The notes beneath the pieces are model-generated. The model did not search any database, was not told the origin of the DNA, and worked only from the letters and a program-made list of their open reading frames with translations. Below, in pieces: positions 56,663-59,777 of a stretch of 59,777 nt of DNA. The stretch is from IMG/VR virus record IMGVR_UViG_3300025141_017126, positions 1 to 59,777 of that record; one strand, 5' to 3'. The translations under genes and the position numbers were made by a program. The stretch comes from a virus. Lineage: Duplodnaviria > Caudoviricetes. Each line of letters opens with the position of its first letter. Position 1 is the first letter of the stretch.

Positions 56663-57185
56663 AATTCAAAAAACAGAATTAGCTAAACAACTTGAGGAGT
56701 CATTAAAAATTAAATGGGAATTAAACCAACAATTTCCTTATGATGCAGGTTTTGATTTACGAGCTTGTATAGATAGAGCAATAACTTTATTACCCACTGG
56801 GCATACTACAATTCCAACAGGAATTCATGTAGAATTTAGTAAACCAAATTGGGAAATGCAGATTAGACCTCGTAGTGGGTTAGCAGCAGAACATGGGGTT
56901 ACAGTATTAAATACTCCTGGAACTGTGGATTTTGGTTATCGTAAAGAGATTCAAGTTATATTATATAATTGTGATGTTTACGACGGGTTTCATATTCAAC
57001 CAGGAGATAGAATTGCTCAAGCCTGTTTTAGGGAAATTCCACAAGTAAGTTTCACATATGTAGATGCAGTTTCAGAAACAATTACTATTCAAGACGATAC
57101 GGCTAAAGCTGCAAGCTTGGCAGATGAAATGAAAAGAAAACTCTCATTAAAAAGAGGGGGACTAGGAAGTACTGGTAATCAATGA
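56643..57185 (+). CDS. dut: Trimeric dUTPase
   Basis: AGFDL, RSGLA, G.VD..YR, DRIAQ and RGGLGSTG motifs. Confidence 0.95.
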   Translation: MPNLEVKIQKTELAKQLEESLKIKWELNQQFPYDAGFDLRACIDRAITLLPTGHTTIPTGIHVEFSKPNWEMQIRPRSGLAAEHGVTVLNTPGTVDFGYRKEIQVILYNCDVYDGFHIQPGDRIAQACFREIPQVSFTYVDAVSETITIQDDTAKAASLADEMKRKLSLKRGGLGSTGNQ

Positions 57186-57286
57186 AAAAAATAGAAGCAC
57201 CGCAATATGTCTTATTAATAGAGGTTATACCTTATTAGACCATGATTGGTGGATATGGGCCAACGAATCTAGGTATCATGCCCCAT

Positions 57287-57316
57287 AAAAAAAGCCCCTA
57301 TTTAGGGGCTTTTTTT
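57287..57316. terminator. Bidirectional terminator at the convergence point
   Basis: A7-GCCCCTA..TAGGGGC-T7. Confidence 0.9.
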
Positions 57317-57317
57317 A

Positions 57318-57608
57318 TTAATCCTTTTTTCTATGTCCCGATCCCACATATAACCCAAACCAAGCAGCTCCGGCTCCCACTAATGTAGAAACAAACCCTG
57401 CCTGTTCTAAGGTGGGGTTTTCTAATTCCATAAACCAATTCATTCCCCGATAAAAGGCTAATCCGTATAGTAACATTAAAACTCTGGGTACAACACGCCA
57501 TCTATCAATCCGTTCTGAAGATACTTTGTTATACCAACCTTGTTCTACTTTTTCTTCTTTATGCCCACTACTGTCTACATTAACAATAGTTACTTTTTCG
57601 TCACTCAT
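57318..57608 (-). CDS. Two-TM membrane protein, holin-like
   Basis: D.WRVVPR...Y ... WFM.L..PT.EQ..F.S...GAG.A.FGLY. Confidence 0.55.
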   Translation of the reverse strand: MSDEKVTIVNVDSSGHKEEKVEQGWYNKVSSERIDRWRVVPRVLMLLYGLAFYRGMNWFMELENPTLEQAGFVSTLVGAGAAWFGLYVGSGHRKKD

Positions 57609-57841
57609 TAAAATCTCCAATCAAAATCAACACGTCTATAAGTATGAAAAGTAGAAGTTGATAATATAACATCATTTATAACTGCATCTATATTATCTTT
57701 CCAATAATATAAAAAATTATGCACTTTAGGATAAGTAGGAGAAATATCTCCTGTTTGCCAAGTAAATTCTTGAATTATATTACTATAATCTGGCATCCAA
57801 TAAGAAATATTTACTAAAACAATAACCTGTTTAGAAAACAT
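57608..57841 (-). CDS. Usg-family protein
   Basis: I.Y.MPD....Q.F.WQ..D..P.YP....FL.YW...I.A. Confidence 0.8.
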   Translation of the reverse strand: MFSKQVIVLVNISYWMPDYSNIIQEFTWQTGDISPTYPKVHNFLYYWKDNIDAVINDVILSTSTFHTYRRVDFDWRF

Positions 57842-58275
57842 TATTTATCTTCCATACGATCTAATCTTTTTTTATTATCACTAATTTTTTCATTCTGTCC
57901 AGAATCAATTATGTTTTGAAGTTTTTTTGCTTTTTCACTCACACTATCCATATGTAATTCACTATTAATAATTTTCTCTAAACGTAAAAATGGAATTCGT
58001 TCATTAGGAACATATCTCCAAACATAACCTCTTCCATTCATTATTCCAAATACAGTAGTACTTAAACCAATTTTAACTATATTGGCATATTCTCCATCTA
58101 AATAAACATGATCTCCTTCTCGAAATGCAGGATTAATCCTGAATTTGAGACCTTGCATAAATTTAATAGAAAAATCTTTTAACCAAAGAGCTACTATTAA
58201 AGAAATTAAAATAGTAATCCAAGGCATTAAAAGTTCTGTTAATTTAAGTGTTTCTTGATTTAAAAGACTATTCAT
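57841..58275 (-). CDS. Truncated MscS-like protein (TM + beta domain)
   Basis: F..GD.V.LDG....IVKIGL.TT.......VPN. Confidence 0.6.
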   Translation of the reverse strand: MNSLLNQETLKLTELLMPWITILISLIVALWLKDFSIKFMQGLKFRINPAFREGDHVYLDGEYANIVKIGLSTTVFGIMNGRGYVWRYVPNERIPFLRLEKIINSELHMDSVSEKAKKLQNIIDSGQNEKISDNKKRLDRMEDK

Positions 58276-58546
58276 TTTCTAATTTATTTATCCTTTTCTC
58301 AAGGTCATCTATTTTTCTTGCAATATTAGGATTTATTTTTTTCCACGCATCTGCGTCTTGATTAAACCATGTCCACCCATATCTATCACGAATATAATCT
58401 AAGAAAAAATCCCACTTACCATAAAGCCATAATCCGATTCTAGTGTCTCGCATATATTTTACGAACATAGCACCAAAGACACTACCTACAATCGCTGTCC
58501 AGATCCAAAGGGTGTCTCCGAACATTCTATCAAGCATATCCATCAT
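58268..58546 (-). CDS. Small membrane protein
   Basis: One TM helix, Trp-rich, coiled C-terminus. Confidence 0.6.
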   Translation of the reverse strand: MMDMLDRMFGDTLWIWTAIVGSVFGAMFVKYMRDTRIGLWLYGKWDFFLDYIRDRYGWTWFNQDADAWKKINPNIARKIDDLEKRINKLENE

Positions 58547-58552
58547 TAGTTA

Positions 58553-58795
58553 TTATTTCTTTCTTGCTTTTTTTTGCAATTCTATTATTGTATTTATTTT
58601 CTGATCAAGTCTTATCATATCATTATCCAACATTCTAACTCTATCAATCAAGGCTATTAATGTAGTCTTTGCTTGATTTAGTTTAGGAAGTATTTCTGTT
58701 GTAACAAACTTCCATATAAAATAGATAAAGTAAGACATACCAACTGCAACCACAATAGGTACCCCATATTGATTAATCAATTCTGCCATATCCAT
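58553..58795 (-). CDS. TM + coiled-coil protein (paralogue of the neighbour)
   Basis: I...G.P....G..YF ... AL.DRVR.L.ND.IRLD. Confidence 0.65.
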   Translation of the reverse strand: MDMAELINQYGVPIVVAVGMSYFIYFIWKFVTTEILPKLNQAKTTLIALIDRVRMLDNDMIRLDQKINTIIELQKKARKK

Positions 58796-58796
58796 A

Positions 58797-59075
58797 TCAA
58801 TCTTTCCTGGCGTCTTCTTTACCATCTGCAGCTGATATTCTTCTCACATCCGGTTTAATACCTAAAGCAGAACACACTAAAGTGTCAAGCCTTACTATTT
58901 CATTATTAATAGTTTTTACTCTATTATCAAGAGCTTTAATCATAATGTTTAAAGTTTGTACGCTACTAACAACAGAATTTAAAATGTATTTCAAAAGCAA
59001 AATGATAAAAAACCCACCGCCTATTACAGCTGCCACAGAAAAGCCAAGATCCGCAATTAATGTAAAAGCTTCCAT
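58797..59075 (-). CDS. TM + coiled-coil protein
   Basis: I.DLGF.V...GGFF ... ALDNRVKT.NNEIVRLD. Confidence 0.65.
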   Translation of the reverse strand: MEAFTLIADLGFSVAAVIGGGFFIILLLKYILNSVVSSVQTLNIMIKALDNRVKTINNEIVRLDTLVCSALGIKPDVRRISAADGKEDARKD

Positions 59076-59136
59076 AAGAGTAAATAATTACCGTTCCTTT
59101 ATATAAATTCCCTCACTTTCTTAATAACTATTTTAA

Positions 59137-59601
59137 TTAATCTGCATTTTTAGAGGCAGATTTGCCACCACAAAGACGAACTGAGTAATATGCAGCATAT
59201 TTTTTCCATTTAGGAACTGGAGGTTCCGCAGAATTCATTCCTAATAAAAAAACTTTATCGGATATTGCCCTTGCTTTTTTCCAAGTAGGTTTATGAAAAT
59301 TATTTCCGTGATAATATTTTCTTAAACTAGCATAAAGGTGATCGTGAATAACAGCACCACGAGCTACATCCCACGGAGCGATAAAAGCCCAACAGATACG
59401 GGGAACAGAAGCTAGGTCTGTTTTCATTCCTTTTTCACAGGTAATTTTACCTGTTAAATTATTTATATTTGCGCCTACCACCTCTAAACATCTAATTTGT
59501 TTACTAGTTAATTTGTTACTAATAAACGATAAACTTTTATTTAGCACCCACGTTTTAGGTGGTGTAAATTCAGCATTAATTTTTCCGTCAAATTGTCCCA
59601 C
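59137..59601 (-). CDS. DUF1353-family protein
   Basis: G..TDLASVPR, AVIHD.LY, D.VF and Y.SVR..G motifs. Confidence 0.85.
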   Translation of the reverse strand: MGQFDGKINAEFTPPKTWVLNKSLSFISNKLTSKQIRCLEVVGANINNLTGKITCEKGMKTDLASVPRICWAFIAPWDVARGAVIHDHLYASLRKYYHGNNFHKPTWKKARAISDKVFLLGMNSAEPPVPKWKKYAAYYSVRLCGGKSASKNAD

Positions 59602-59777
59602 AATATTACTCCACTGATACTTCTAATCTTTTTATTACTTTTTTTCAAATATGTTGGAAATACGTCGAACATAACGAATACCATAACAATCAATAATAGA
59701 CTATCTCTCCAGGCAAAAATTAAATGTTCAATATAAGTTAAGTCAATATCTTTTGGATGCTTTTTATTAATAAACAC
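59541..59777 (-). CDS. DUF6356-like small protein at the window edge (possibly degenerate)
   Basis: HP.....TY.EH..FAW motif. Confidence 0.4.
   Translation of the reverse strand: MFINKKHPKDIDLTYIEHLIFAWRDSLLLIVMVFVMFDVFPTYLKKSNKKIRSISGVILWDNLTEKLMLNLHHLKRGC

Noticed and set aside
1167-59106. Short antisense or alternate-frame ORFs in the track (1167, 3542, 6303, 10988, 11713, 18544, 19802, 31900, 35597, 37074, 39658, 46024, 46241, 46443, 46471, 48296, 49430, 50273, 52636, 53056, 58882)
   Set aside because: Shadow ORFs overlapping well-supported genes, with no recognisable motifs

Overview
This is a segment of a large, AT-rich (roughly 30% GC by eye) T5-like (Demerecviridae-related) bacteriophage genome, probably marine. 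An alphaproteobacterial host is suggested by a permuted two-piece tmRNA with an ANDN...ALAA tag, a ROSE-like thermometer and a Usg-family gene. Left arm (1-10.7 kb, - strand): auxiliary and lysis genes (panC-like, spanin pair, IscA, Cas4-like nuclease, ATP-grasp, Hsp20, PiT-like transporter with a Pho box, porin, Fpg/Nei). 10.7-12.3 kb (+): bS21, PurS and the tmRNA. 12.3-32.6 kb (+): a ~20 kb glycan island with three GT9-like transferases, GT2/GT4, methyltransferases, a WbpB/E/D-like triad, Gmd, and a transaldolase/RpiB-nucleotidyltransferase/PfkB/HAD/AraD/cupin module that looks like a complete route to an unusual higher-carbon NDP-sugar. The island also holds a direct-repeat-flanked pair of rapidly diverging paralogues. 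32.7-57.2 kb (+): the T5-type replication block (PC4, D3, NAD ligase, D5, D2, D6 helicase, primase, PolA, D10-D15, dUTPase) interleaved with pyrB, NifU, nrdAB, glutaredoxin and an M15 endolysin. Right end (-): small membrane proteins. Functions come from motif recognition by eye, not database searches. Several start codons were moved from the ORF track to more plausible ATGs.
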